A stretch of 64,000 nucleotides of DNA from Candidatus Deferrimicrobiaceae bacterium (GCA_963792415.1 CAWBVY010000006.1:672001-736000), one strand, 5' to 3'; counted from the stretch's first letter, positions 22,057-34,165 are shown. Program-made: numbers and translations. Notes: generated by a model from the sequence alone, not told the origin.

Positions 22057-22642
22057 TCTCGCCGCGGAGGGTTACCGACTTCACTCCCTTCGGCACCTCG
22101 ATCTCGAACGCTCCCGATTCCCCGCGAAAGAGCGCCCCTTCGCCGCGGAACGGGGCCTTCGGGAAAACGCGCTTCCGCTCCGTCCTCCCGTCGCCGTACT
22201 GGAACTCGGCGATCACCCCGATGGAGCGCAGGGAGAGATCGGGGACGTCTTCTCCCCGGTTGACGAGGGTTCCCGTCAGGAATACCCTCCCGTCCTCCTT
22301 CCGTTCGCGCTCCGCCTCGATCAGAAAGGTGTTGTCCGACGGAACGACGATCCTCACCCGCGTCAGGAATCCGATCGCCAGCCACAGGACGAGGATCGCG
22401 AGGAGGGCCGGGGCGACGACCTTCACCCACTTGCCGTGCTCCCGGTAAAATTTCCGGAGCCGCGGAAACCGTTCCGGGGGAACCAGCAGTTCGCGGATGT
22501 CCTTCGGCTTTCCGGAGGTACTGCCCGGCACGGGCTGCCGGCAATACGGGCAGTCGGGGACGTCGCGGGGAATCTGGAACGTGCAGTGCGGACAGTTGAT
22601 GTCGCTCCGCCCCTCCGGGTCGAGCGCCGGCATTTCCGTCAT
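21977..22642 (-). CDS. Hypothetical membrane protein with N-terminal zinc ribbon
   Basis: CPHC...CPYC, one TM helix, beta-rich C-terminus (LTGTLVNRG); GGAGG RBS. Confidence 0.7.
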   Translation of the reverse strand: MTEMPALDPEGRSDINCPHCTFQIPRDVPDCPYCRQPVPGSTSGKPKDIRELLVPPERFPRLRKFYREHGKWVKVVAPALLAILVLWLAIGFLTRVRIVVPSDNTFLIEAERERKEDGRVFLTGTLVNRGEDVPDLSLRSIGVIAEFQYGDGRTERKRVFPKAPFRGEGALFRGESGAFEIEVPKGVKSVTLRGEIMNLEGDRVFVPATRGILRFPARRNR

Positions 22643-22670
22643 CGCGATCCTCCCGGATCCCCGCCGTCAA

Positions 22671-22794
22671 TGCCCGTCCATTTTTCCATTATCGAGGGTA
22701 CCCCAGGGACTGTATCCCGTCCGGGAGTGGGGCGCCCGTCCATTTTTCCATTATCGAGGGTACCCAAGGGGGTGTATTTCATCCGGGAGCGGGG
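22671..22794 (-). repeat. Dispersed repeat, pair 2 (two 62-bp units, inverted relative to pair 1)
   Basis: Reverse complement CCCC(A/G)CTCCCGGA(C/T)G...CCCT(G/T)GGGTACCCTCGATAATGGAAAAATGGACGGGC x2. Confidence 0.9.
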
Positions 22795-24308
22795 CGCCCG
22801 TCCCGGGAGGAGAGGTACTCCACGAGGAGGCGGACCGGCGCGCCCGAGGGCCCCGGGGCGTACCCGCGCTTCTCCTTCTCCACCCAGGCGGTGCCGGCGA
22901 TGTCGAAGTGGACCCACGGGGTGCCGCCCACGAACTCCTGGAGGAAGCGGGCGGCGGTGATCGTCCCGGCCTCGCCGCCGCCGATGTTCTTCAACTCCCC
23001 GATCTCGCTCTTGATCTGCTCGAAATACTCCTCGTGCAGCGGCAGCTCCCACGCCTTCTCCCCCGAGGCCGCGGATGCCGCCTTCATCCGGGAGAGCATC
23101 CCCTCGTCGTTCCCCATCATGCCGATATTGACGCTCCCGAGCGCCACGATGCAGGCGCCCGTGAGGGTCGCCGCGTCCAGCATCTCCTTCGGCCGGTATT
23201 TACGGACGGCGTACGTCATCGCGTCCGCCAGGATGAGACGGCCCTCGGCGTCGGTCGAGAGGATCTCGACGGTCTTTCCCGACATCATCCGAAGGACGTC
23301 GCCGGGACGGTACGCGGTCCCGGACGGCATGTTCTCCACGCAGGGGACGACGGCGACGAGGTTCCGCCGGATCCCGAGGGCGGCGGCGGCCCGAAGGGTC
23401 GCCAGCATCCCGGCGCCCCCCGCCATGTCGTACTTCATCTTCTCCATCCCCTCCCACTTCTTGAGGGAGATGCCCCCGGTGTCGAAGGTGACCCCTTTCC
23501 CGACGAGGGCGGTCCAGGGGGATCCGGGGCTCCCGCCGCGGTACTCCGCGACGACCAGGCGCGGCGGCGCGGGGCTCCCCTTCGCCACGGCGAGGATCCC
23601 CCCGGCCTTCAGGGCGGAAAGTTCGGGGAGACCCAGGACGCGGACGCGCACCTTGCGCGCGGCAACGGCGCCGACCCCGCGGCCCACCCCCCGCGCGGCG
23701 CGGGCCAGATCGCTGGGCCGGAGTTCCGCCGGCGGGGTCGCCACGAGGGAGCGGCCCCAGTTGATCGCCTCGCCGACCCGGGCCCCCCGGGACACTCCCG
23801 CGCGTACGGCGCGGAACGCCTTCGCGTCCCGCTCGACAAAAAGAAACCGGGCGACGCGGTGCGCCTTCTCCTCCTTGTACCGGTCGAACGCGAAGGCCGA
23901 CAGGGCGGCGCCGAGGGCGCAGAAGCGCGCGGCGGTCCCGGGGTCGATCCCCCCCGCGCCCGCCCCGTGGACGACGGACGCAACGGTGGAAAGCTTGAGG
24001 CGCTTCGCCTCCTTCAGGACCGGCAGAACGGCCTGGCGCGCGTGGTCCGATGTGAATTTCTCCTTCTTCCCGAGGCCGACCACAAGGACCCGCGGGGAGG
24101 AGAGGCCCCGGGAGGGACGCAGGGAAAGGGTTTCCCCGAACTTCCCGGTGAAGTCGCCTCCACGGACCGCCGCCGCGATCGCCCCCCCGATCGCGGCATC
24201 GACCGCTGCGGCGGCCCCGCCGGGCCGCTTCGCCCCCTCGAACAGGTTCACCACCACCATGTCCGCCTTGACCGCGCGGATGTCTGCGGAAATGCAATCG
24301 ATGCGCAT
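22779..24308 (-). CDS. pepA: Leucyl aminopeptidase (M17)
   Basis: VGKGVTFDTGG, MKYDMAG, ENMPSG, STDAEGRL, ATLTGA, HFDIAGT. Confidence 0.97.
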   Translation of the reverse strand: MRIDCISADIRAVKADMVVVNLFEGAKRPGGAAAAVDAAIGGAIAAAVRGGDFTGKFGETLSLRPSRGLSSPRVLVVGLGKKEKFTSDHARQAVLPVLKEAKRLKLSTVASVVHGAGAGGIDPGTAARFCALGAALSAFAFDRYKEEKAHRVARFLFVERDAKAFRAVRAGVSRGARVGEAINWGRSLVATPPAELRPSDLARAARGVGRGVGAVAARKVRVRVLGLPELSALKAGGILAVAKGSPAPPRLVVAEYRGGSPGSPWTALVGKGVTFDTGGISLKKWEGMEKMKYDMAGGAGMLATLRAAAALGIRRNLVAVVPCVENMPSGTAYRPGDVLRMMSGKTVEILSTDAEGRLILADAMTYAVRKYRPKEMLDAATLTGACIVALGSVNIGMMGNDEGMLSRMKAASAASGEKAWELPLHEEYFEQIKSEIGELKNIGGGEAGTITAARFLQEFVGGTPWVHFDIAGTAWVEKEKRGYAPGPSGAPVRLLVEYLSSRDGRPAPG

Positions 24309-24344
24309 CGTTTCATCCCCTGTGGCGTATCTTGGCCGCTGATT

Positions 24345-24374
24345 ACATTACTGACGCCTTCACGGGATTGTCAA
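24345..24374 (-). promoter_or_regulatory. Putative sigma70 promoter of pepA
   Basis: TTGACA-18 nt-TAATGT. Confidence 0.5.
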
Positions 24375-24392
24375 GGCGGCGGGCGGAAGGAA

Positions 24393-24424
24393 ACGGCCCG
24401 GGAGGGTCTTTCCCACCGGGCCGT
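24393..24424 (-). terminator. Hairpin after liv operon
   Basis: ACGGCCCGG...CCGGGCCGT, followed by TTCCTT on minus strand. Confidence 0.6.
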
Positions 24425-24445
24425 AAAAAGGACAACCTCGTTTCC

Positions 24446-25150
24446 CTAAATCCCCAGGTACGCCTCTTTCACGTGGGGGTCGTTCATGAGGTTCTTTCCG
24501 GTCCCCTCCAGAACGACCCGCCCGTTCTCGAGCACGTAGGCGCGGTCGCACATGGCGAGGGTCTGGCGGACGTTCTGCTCCACCAGCATGACCGTGACCC
24601 CCTCCCTGTTGATCCGTTTCGCGATCTCGAAGACTTCCTGCACCAGGATGGGGGAGAGCCCGAGCGACGGCTCGTCGAACATCAGGACCTTCGGAAGGGC
24701 CATCAGCCCCCGCCCGATGGCGCACATCTGCTGCTCCCCGCCGCTCAACGTCCCGGCGGCCTGTTTCCGCCGCTCCTTCATCCGCGGGAAGAGCTCGTAG
24801 ACCCACTCCATCGTCTCGTACCGCTTCTTTCTCGCCTTTGGGGAGAGGGAACCCATGATGAGGTTCTCCTCGACGGACATCTCCCGGAACAGACGACGCG
24901 CTTCGGGGACGTGGACCACCCCCTGGCCAATCACCTTGTCGGGAGACATCGTGTCCATGCGGACGCCCTCGAACTCGATGGAACCCTTCCGGGGCTTCAG
25001 GAGGCCCGAGATCGTCTTGAGGGTGGTCGATTTCCCCGCCCCGTTGGCCCCCACCAGGACCAGGATCTCCTTCTCGCGCACCTCGAAGGAGACGTCCCAG
25101 AGGACCTGGAGGTCGCCGTAGAATACGTCGATGCCGGATACCTTAAGCAT
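24446..25150 (-). CDS. livF: Branched-chain amino acid ABC transporter ATPase
   Basis: GANGAGKST, LSGGEQQM, DEPSLGL, VEQN. Confidence 0.95.
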   Translation of the reverse strand: MLKVSGIDVFYGDLQVLWDVSFEVREKEILVLVGANGAGKSTTLKTISGLLKPRKGSIEFEGVRMDTMSPDKVIGQGVVHVPEARRLFREMSVEENLIMGSLSPKARKKRYETMEWVYELFPRMKERRKQAAGTLSGGEQQMCAIGRGLMALPKVLMFDEPSLGLSPILVQEVFEIAKRINREGVTVMLVEQNVRQTLAMCDRAYVLENGRVVLEGTGKNLMNDPHVKEAYLGI

Positions 25151-25862
25151 AGTCCGTCCCCAGGTACGCCTCGATGACCGCCTGGTTCGCCGCCACCTCC
25201 GACGGCGTCCCCTCGGCGATCGTCTGGCCGAAGTTGATCGCGTGGATCCGGTCGGAGATGGTCATGATCACGTGCATGATGTGCTCGATGATGATGATGG
25301 TGGTGCCGCTCGCCCGGATCTTCTGGATCAGGTCGATGGCCTCGACGAGCTCGGAGGGATTCAGTCCCGCCGCTGTCTCGTCGAGCAGCAGGAGTTCCGG
25401 CCGGGTGGCCATCGCGCGGGTGATCTCCAGCCGCTTGCGCCCGGCGATCGGCAGCGCCTTGGCCAGCACGTCCTTTACCGGCATGAGACCGCAGAAGTCG
25501 ATCGCCTTCAGCGCCTCCTCCCTCGCCTTTTGATAACCGTTCACCCGGGAGTACGCGGCGGCGATCACGTTGTCCAGGACGGTCATCCGCCCCAGGGGCT
25601 TGACGACCTGGAAGGTCCGCCCGATCCCCAGGTGGCAGATCTTGTGCGTCGGCAACCGGTGGATCTCCCTCCCCTGGAAGAGGACCTTCCCGGAGGTGGG
25701 CCGGTGGTACCCGCTGATCATGTTGAACGTCGTCGTCTTCCCGGAGCCGTTGGGGCCGATGAGCCCGAAGATCTCCCCCTGCGCCACCTCGAAGGAGACC
25801 CCGTCGACCGCGGCGAGCCCCCCGAAATATTTCACCAGACTGTCGACCTGGAAGTACGCCAT
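25143..25862 (-). CDS. livG: Branched-chain amino acid ABC transporter ATPase
   Basis: FGGLAAV, GPNGSGKTT, RTFQ, LLDE, IEH, VIEAYLG. Confidence 0.95.
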   Translation of the reverse strand: MAYFQVDSLVKYFGGLAAVDGVSFEVAQGEIFGLIGPNGSGKTTTFNMISGYHRPTSGKVLFQGREIHRLPTHKICHLGIGRTFQVVKPLGRMTVLDNVIAAAYSRVNGYQKAREEALKAIDFCGLMPVKDVLAKALPIAGRKRLEITRAMATRPELLLLDETAAGLNPSELVEAIDLIQKIRASGTTIIIIEHIMHVIMTISDRIHAINFGQTIAEGTPSEVAANQAVIEAYLGTDYA

Positions 25863-25872
25863 GCCCTGCTCC

Positions 25873-26877
25873 TCAGCTCCCGGCGCCGAGCCGGAACACG
25901 CGCTTGCGGATCTTCGGCCAGTCGCCGACGATCCCGTTGGGGAGGACGAGGATCACCACGACCACCAGGAGCCCGAACCCGAGGACGTGCGCCTGGGTCA
26001 GGACCTCCGCGACCTTGACCAGGCTGGCGGACCCGGAGACGGCGCCCAGCCACTTGAAGAGGCCGAAGAAGCCGGAGCGGAACAGCTCCTGCACGGCGAC
26101 CATCACGAAGGCGCCGACGGCGGGGCCGTAGACCGTCCCCACGCCGCCGACAATGCCGACGAGGATCGCCATGATGGAGATGTCGTGCAGGCTGAAGACG
26201 ACGTGGGGGTCGATGAACCCCATGTAGTTCATGTACAAGGCGCCGGCCATCCCGGTCCAGAAGGCCGCGTACGCAAGGGAGAGCATCTTGTAGAAGTGCG
26301 TGTCGATCCCGAGACTTTCCGCGGCGTCCTGGTCCTCCCGGATGGAGACGAAGTAGTACCCCGGCTTGGAGTGGACGACCCACTGGAGGCTGGCGAGGCT
26401 CGCCACCGCCATCGCCAGGGCGATGTAATAGTAGGGGACCTTCGACACGAAGGAAGGCATGATGAGGATGCCGACCATTCCGCCCGTGAACCCTTCCGCG
26501 ATGGTCGCGCCGTGCCGCAGGACCTCGTTCAGCGCCAGCGTCGCCAGCGCGAAGTAGGCGCCGCGCATCCGGAAGCAGATCCACCCGAACGGGAGACCCA
26601 CCGCGATGGCGGTGAACCCCCCGAAGGCCAGCCCCCACCAGGTGGAAACCCCCAGGTGCGTCGCCAGCAGGGCCGCGGTGTACGCGCCGCAGCCGAAGAA
26701 GGCCGCGTCCCCGAACGACACCTGCCCGGTGTACCCCGCGATGAGGTTCCACGCCGAGCCGATCACGACCCACATCAGGAAGAGGATCATCAGGTGCAGG
26801 TAGTAGTTGTCCTTCACCGCCAGCGGAAGGCCCGCGAGCAGGGCGACGAAAACGAGGGGGGGAAGGCTCTTCTTCAC
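25873..26877 (-). CDS. livM: Branched-chain amino acid ABC transporter permease
   Basis: WNLIAGYTGQVSFG, YFALATLA, IREDQDAA, GGVGTVYGP. Confidence 0.93.
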   Translation of the reverse strand: MKKSLPPLVFVALLAGLPLAVKDNYYLHLMILFLMWVVIGSAWNLIAGYTGQVSFGDAAFFGCGAYTAALLATHLGVSTWWGLAFGGFTAIAVGLPFGWICFRMRGAYFALATLALNEVLRHGATIAEGFTGGMVGILIMPSFVSKVPYYYIALAMAVASLASLQWVVHSKPGYYFVSIREDQDAAESLGIDTHFYKMLSLAYAAFWTGMAGALYMNYMGFIDPHVVFSLHDISIMAILVGIVGGVGTVYGPAVGAFVMVAVQELFRSGFFGLFKWLGAVSGSASLVKVAEVLTQAHVLGFGLLVVVVILVLPNGIVGDWPKIRKRVFRLGAGS

Positions 26878-26886
26878 GGCGCGCCC

Positions 26887-27759
26887 CTAAATTTTCGTCA
26901 GGCGCTTGAAGCCGCCCGGCAGGAAGAGGAGTACGAGCACGAAGATCGTCAGGCCGATGATGTCCTCGTACTCCATGCCGAAGTACGTCGCCCCCATGCT
27001 TTCGGCCAGCCCCAGGGTCACCCCCCCGAAGATGGCCCCCACCGTCGACCCCAGGCCGCCCAGGATGGTGATGATGAAGGCCTTCGCCGTGAACGGCCCC
27101 CCGAGGTCCGGGAAGATGTAGTACACCGGCGCGAGCAGGCACCCCGCGGCGGCCACCAGCCCGGAGCCCAGGCCGAAGGTGATCACCGTGATCCGCCCCG
27201 TGTTCACGCCCATGAGGGTCGCCGCGTCCTTGTCCTGGGCGGTCGCCCGGATGGAGCGCCCGAGGTCGGTCTTGACGAGGAAGAAGAACATGGCGACGGT
27301 GAAGGCGATGGCGATCCCGAACGCGATCGTCAGGGCGCTGCTGAAGGAGATATTCCCGAAGTAGAAGGTCTGGTTGGAATACGTTGTGGTGATGTACTTG
27401 TAGTCCGAGGAGAAGATGAACCGGACGACCTCGGTCAGAACCATTCCGATCCCCACCGTCATGAGCACCTGGTTCTCGGGGAGGATCGTGTCCGCCTTGA
27501 GGAGGGGGTTGAGCAGGAACTTCTGGATCGCCACGCCCAGCAGGAACAGGAGGGGCATGGCGATGAAGAGCGAGAAGTACGGGTCGACCCCCATCGTGTT
27601 GAGGACGAAGGTCACGTACATCGCCAGCATCATCAGCTGCCCGTGGGCCAGGTTGATGATCCCCATCACCCCCATGATCAGGGTCATCCCGATCCCGATC
27701 AGGGCGTACAGCCCGCCCTTGAGAACCCCCGCCACGAGGGTCTGCAGGAAAACGTCCAT
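26887..27759 (-). CDS. livH: Branched-chain amino acid ABC transporter permease
   Basis: GGLYAL, INLAHG, GRSIRA, ILGGLGS. Confidence 0.93.
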   Translation of the reverse strand: MDVFLQTLVAGVLKGGLYALIGIGMTLIMGVMGIINLAHGQLMMLAMYVTFVLNTMGVDPYFSLFIAMPLLFLLGVAIQKFLLNPLLKADTILPENQVLMTVGIGMVLTEVVRFIFSSDYKYITTTYSNQTFYFGNISFSSALTIAFGIAIAFTVAMFFFLVKTDLGRSIRATAQDKDAATLMGVNTGRITVITFGLGSGLVAAAGCLLAPVYYIFPDLGGPFTAKAFIITILGGLGSTVGAIFGGVTLGLAESMGATYFGMEYEDIIGLTIFVLVLLFLPGGFKRLTKI

Positions 27760-27833
27760 TCCTTCGCTCCCGCCTTGTCCGGCCGGGTCCACCCACCGGC
27801 GGACACGGTTGCATTCGAGCACCGACGAATACC

Positions 27834-27871
27834 GCCGCCGGGCGGACGGCAAGAATCTTCCGCCCGGCGGC
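27834..27871. terminator. Intra-operon stem-loop after the substrate-binding gene
   Basis: GCCGCCGGGCGGA-12 nt-TCCGCCCGGCGGC perfect 13-bp stem; attenuating or mRNA-stabilising role is inferred. Confidence 0.6.
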
Positions 27872-27899
27872 TACACGGAGGAAAGCCCTCCCGGAACGC

Positions 27900-29108
27900 T
27901 TACTTGCGGTTCTCCCAGTGCGGCGTCGGGTAGATGTACTTCTTCGTGGCCACGCTCGTCGGCCACACCGCCTCGAGCTCCCCCTTCTGCCACTGGACCA
28001 TGTACGTGTCGACCTGGTTCTGCTGGGTCTTCTTCCCGTAGGAGACGAACTTGACCGGCCCGAAGGCGGTCTTCAGGTCCGTCTTGGTCAGGGCGTCCCG
28101 GACGTCCTTGGGGGTGATGCTCTTCGCCCGCTTCAGGGCGTCCGCGACGACATATATCACCGCGTACGCCTCCGCGCCGTGGTATTCGGTCTCGTCGTTG
28201 TACTTCTTCTTGTAATTGTTGTAATACTCCCTGGCGCCAGGGAACGGCAACGTCTGGACCCAGAGCGTGGCGGAGTAAACGTAGTCCGCCGCATCGCCCG
28301 CGCTCTTGCCGAACTCGGGGAGGGTGAACCCGGCCCCGCCGCCGACGAACAGCTTGGGCGTGATCCGCAGCTCCTTCGACTGGCGCATCAGCAGGGAGGC
28401 GTCCATGACGTAGGAGACCATGTAGATCAGGTCGGGGTTCGCCGCCTTGACCTTGGTGAGGATCGGCTTGAAGTCGATCGCGCCCGCCTGGTACCCTTCC
28501 TTCACCACGATCTTCAGGCCGAGCTCCTCGGCGTCCTTTTCGAACGACTTCGAGCTGGACTGGCCGAACGAACTGTTTTCGTACAGGAGCGCGACGGTCT
28601 TCACGTCCTTCGCCACTCCCTGGAGGAAGGTCTTCACCGCGTTGGGGTATTCGCTGGCCGGGGGGTTGATGCGGAAGATGTAGTCGTACCCCTTCTCCGT
28701 GATGTCGTCCGCGGAACCCGTGCAGATGACGAACGGCACCTTGAACTGCTGGGCGACGGGGGCCGCGGCGGCGGTGACGGAGCTCGAGTAGCCGCCCGTG
28801 ATAATGGGGACGTTTTCCCGGGAGATCAGCTTCTCGACCCCCGAGCGCCCGACGTCCGGTTTCCCGGTGTCGTCCTCGAAGAGCAGTTCGATCTTCTTCC
28901 CGTTGACCCCGCCCTTCGCGTTGATCTCCTCGGTCGCCATCTCCATGGAGCGCTTCTCGATCTCGCCGAACTTCGCCTGCGAGCCGGTCAGGGGGAGCAG
29001 CACGCCCACCTTGATGGTTTCCGCCGCGAACCCGGTGGATGCGGCCACGACCAGCGACAGGATCGCCGCGACGACAACAAACGCCTTACCGACAATTCCC
29101 TTCATCAT
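27900..29108 (-). CDS. livK: Branched-chain amino acid ABC transporter substrate-binding protein
   Basis: Signal peptide, IKVGVLLPLTG, INAKGGVNGK, YIFR. Confidence 0.9.
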   Translation of the reverse strand: MMKGIVGKAFVVVAAILSLVVAASTGFAAETIKVGVLLPLTGSQAKFGEIEKRSMEMATEEINAKGGVNGKKIELLFEDDTGKPDVGRSGVEKLISRENVPIITGGYSSSVTAAAAPVAQQFKVPFVICTGSADDITEKGYDYIFRINPPASEYPNAVKTFLQGVAKDVKTVALLYENSSFGQSSSKSFEKDAEELGLKIVVKEGYQAGAIDFKPILTKVKAANPDLIYMVSYVMDASLLMRQSKELRITPKLFVGGGAGFTLPEFGKSAGDAADYVYSATLWVQTLPFPGAREYYNNYKKKYNDETEYHGAEAYAVIYVVADALKRAKSITPKDVRDALTKTDLKTAFGPVKFVSYGKKTQQNQVDTYMVQWQKGELEAVWPTSVATKKYIYPTPHWENRK

Positions 29109-29285
29109 TTCTTCCCTCCCTCGCATTTTCGCCGCCCTCCGGCCGAATATCTGCCGCGGACCCAGCGCTATCTGAATGAGGTTCACGGGCCAATCCCGCC
29201 GGGGAAGTATAGCAGGGAAAAGGGAGCAAGGTCATCGGGGGAATTTTTTTCCCCTGTGCGAGACCGCACGCCGGCCATGGCAGCA

Positions 29286-29314
29286 TTGACATTGCGGGAT
29301 GGGTATATTACGGT
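29286..29314 (+). promoter_or_regulatory. sigma70 promoter of bamD-like gene (probably leaderless transcript)
   Basis: TTGACA-17 nt-TACGGT ending 6 nt before ATG 29321; no SD. Confidence 0.55.
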
Positions 29315-29320
29315 TTCGAG

Positions 29321-30694
29321 ATGCGGAGAACGCGCTTTTTCCTCGCCGCCGGGGCGGCCCTGATGCTCCTTTTTTCCTCCGGATGTTCCGAAAAACTCTC
29401 CCGACAGACGGGGCTCACCGACGCCGATCTGTTCGCGCGCGGGCAGCAACAGGCGGAGCGGAAAAAGTACGGGGCCGCCGCGGAGGCCTTCCAGGTCCTC
29501 GTCGAGCGGTTCCCCTCCTCTCCCCTGGCGGCGCAGGCGCAGTTCGGTCTCGCTACGAACCGGATGGCCAACAAGGAAGAGATCGAGGCCGAGGTGGCGT
29601 TCGACGACTTCCTGCGCCTCTACCCCGCGGATCCGAAGGTCCCCGACGCCCTGTTCATGAAGGGCAACCTGCTCTCCCGGCAGGCCCTGGCGCCCGGAAG
29701 GGACCAGGGGAAGACGCGGGAGGCGATCAAGACGTACACGCTGTTCCTCGAGAAGGAGCCGGACACCCCCCGCGCCCGGGAAGTCTCCGGGAAGATCCTC
29801 GAGCTGCGAAGCCGGCTGGCCTTGCACGAGGCGACCGTGGTGCAACACTTCCTCACCAGGAAAATGTACGAAAGCGCCGAGGCACGGGCCCGTCGGGCGG
29901 TCGCGACGTACCACGACGTGCCGGTCGCCGCGACGCTCTACGCCCAGCTCGCACAGTCGCTCGAAAAACAGGGGAAGAAGGAGGACGCGGAGATTGTCCG
30001 GAAGACGCTGGCGGAAAACTACCCCGATGCGGCGGGGAAGAAGCCGGTTGCCGTATCGAGCCTCGCCAGAGAGTATAAAACGAGTTCGCCGCGCCGGGCC
30101 CGCCGGGGCCGGTACGAGGTCACCCTCCAGCCGCGCTACGTCGCTTCCAAGGAGATCGGAGCCGATGGAGGCTCGAAGCTCGAGCTCGACCCGGCACTCG
30201 GTTTCGGATTGGGATTCGGCTACAACTTCACCAACAAGCTCGCCCTGCACCTCGACGGGTCATGGACCCGGTCGGACTACAAGGCGAAGATCACCACGAC
30301 CGACAGCGGCGGGATTTCCACCGGCGCGACGACGGTCAGCGGGGTCCTGGACACCGCCACGGTCGCCCTCAACCTGAGCTACTACTTCCTGGACGGTCCG
30401 TTGACCCCCTTCGTCATCGGCGGGGTCGGCTGGGCGTTCGTGGACTCGAACATCCCCTCCGGGCCCCCCGAAGGCGTCTGCTGGTGGGACCCCTGGTACG
30501 GCTACGTCTGCGGTTACTACCAGAACACCTACACCAAGAATTATTTCTCGTACAATCTCGGGATCGGCGCCCGCTGGGACGTGGTCCCCGACTTCTTCCT
30601 GCGCGGCAGCGTGGGGGTGCAGTGGGTCGATCTCGGCCGGGCGGGAACCACGGACTTCTTGGGCGGGCGGCTGGACCTCGGCTACATGTTCTGA
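29321..30694 (+). CDS. bamD: BamD-like TPR lipoprotein fused to a C-terminal outer-membrane beta-barrel
   Basis: Lipobox FSSG-C; FP.SPLA, FLRLYP, RDQ.KTREA, LALHE, AEAR; then amphipathic strands (LGFGYNF, LNLSYYF, PFVIGGVG, LGIGARW) ending LDLGYMF. Confidence 0.85.
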   Translation: MRRTRFFLAAGAALMLLFSSGCSEKLSRQTGLTDADLFARGQQQAERKKYGAAAEAFQVLVERFPSSPLAAQAQFGLATNRMANKEEIEAEVAFDDFLRLYPADPKVPDALFMKGNLLSRQALAPGRDQGKTREAIKTYTLFLEKEPDTPRAREVSGKILELRSRLALHEATVVQHFLTRKMYESAEARARRAVATYHDVPVAATLYAQLAQSLEKQGKKEDAEIVRKTLAENYPDAAGKKPVAVSSLAREYKTSSPRRARRGRYEVTLQPRYVASKEIGADGGSKLELDPALGFGLGFGYNFTNKLALHLDGSWTRSDYKAKITTTDSGGISTGATTVSGVLDTATVALNLSYYFLDGPLTPFVIGGVGWAFVDSNIPSGPPEGVCWWDPWYGYVCGYYQNTYTKNYFSYNLGIGARWDVVPDFFLRGSVGVQWVDLGRAGTTDFLGGRLDLGYMF

Positions 30695-30728
30695 ACGGCC
30701 GGAGGACGTCGTAGGAATGGAGGACACC

Positions 30729-30779
30729 ATGCTTCGAACGAGGAATGTCGCCGTAGTCGTCGGTACCACGATGCGATGA
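30729..30779 (+). CDS. 16-aa small ORF MLRTRNVAVVVGTTMR, coupled to TPR gene
   Basis: GGAGGA RBS at 30719-30724; TGA overlaps next ATG (ATGA). Confidence 0.4.
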   Translation: MLRTRNVAVVVGTTMR

Positions 30780-31492
30780 GCCGGGAACTGGCCGGGCTGA
30801 TCCGGATGGGAAAGAACGCCTTCAGCGAGGCGGACTGCCTGCGGGCCGAGCGGCACCTGCTCGAGGCCCTCGAGGGCGGCGCGAAATACCCCGACATCCA
30901 TTACACGCTGGGCCTGATCGACCACCAGCGGGGGAATTACCGTCGGGCGGTCGAGCGGTTCGGGCAGGCGGTCTCCCTCCACCCCGACTACACCGAGGCG
31001 CTGCTGTCCCTCTCCATCACGCTGAACGACATGGGCCGGTACGACGAGGCGCGGCACGCCTACGACCGCGCCGCGGAGATCCTCTCCCGGGAGGGGGGAT
31101 CGCCCGGGAAGAACCTGTTCCGCGGGCGGATCGCGAACCTGCACAAGGAGCTCGGGGAACTCTACCTCGCGCTGGGCCAGCACGACGACGCGATCCGGGA
31201 ATACCGGCACGCCCTCTCCATCGCGCCGGAATACCCCGACCTTCGGGTTCGACTGGTGACGGCGCTCCGTGAAGCGGGGCGGACGGACGAGGCGCGCAAC
31301 GAGGTGGACGCGTTTCTCGCGGAGATCCCCGAAAACGCGGCGGCCCTCATCCAGAAGGGGATCCTGCACTACCTCGCCGGGGAGAAGGCGCAGGCGCGAC
31401 GCGCGTGGGAAGAGGCGCATTACAAGGAGCCGCTCAACAAGATCGTCCAGGTGTACCTGAACACCATCGACCGGGAAAACCCGCCCGGGTGA
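30776..31492 (+). CDS. Tetratricopeptide repeat protein
   Basis: Repeated TPR patterns (YPDIHYTLG...A...F..A...P; LGELYLALG...AIREY..AL...P). Confidence 0.88.
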   Translation: MSRELAGLIRMGKNAFSEADCLRAERHLLEALEGGAKYPDIHYTLGLIDHQRGNYRRAVERFGQAVSLHPDYTEALLSLSITLNDMGRYDEARHAYDRAAEILSREGGSPGKNLFRGRIANLHKELGELYLALGQHDDAIREYRHALSIAPEYPDLRVRLVTALREAGRTDEARNEVDAFLAEIPENAAALIQKGILHYLAGEKAQARRAWEEAHYKEPLNKIVQVYLNTIDRENPPG

Positions 31493-31531
31493 AAGCCGTG
31501 AACCCGCGCTGCGGCTAATGCCGCGTCCGGC

Positions 31532-34162
<2,631 letters not shown>

Positions 34163-34165
34163 GGA

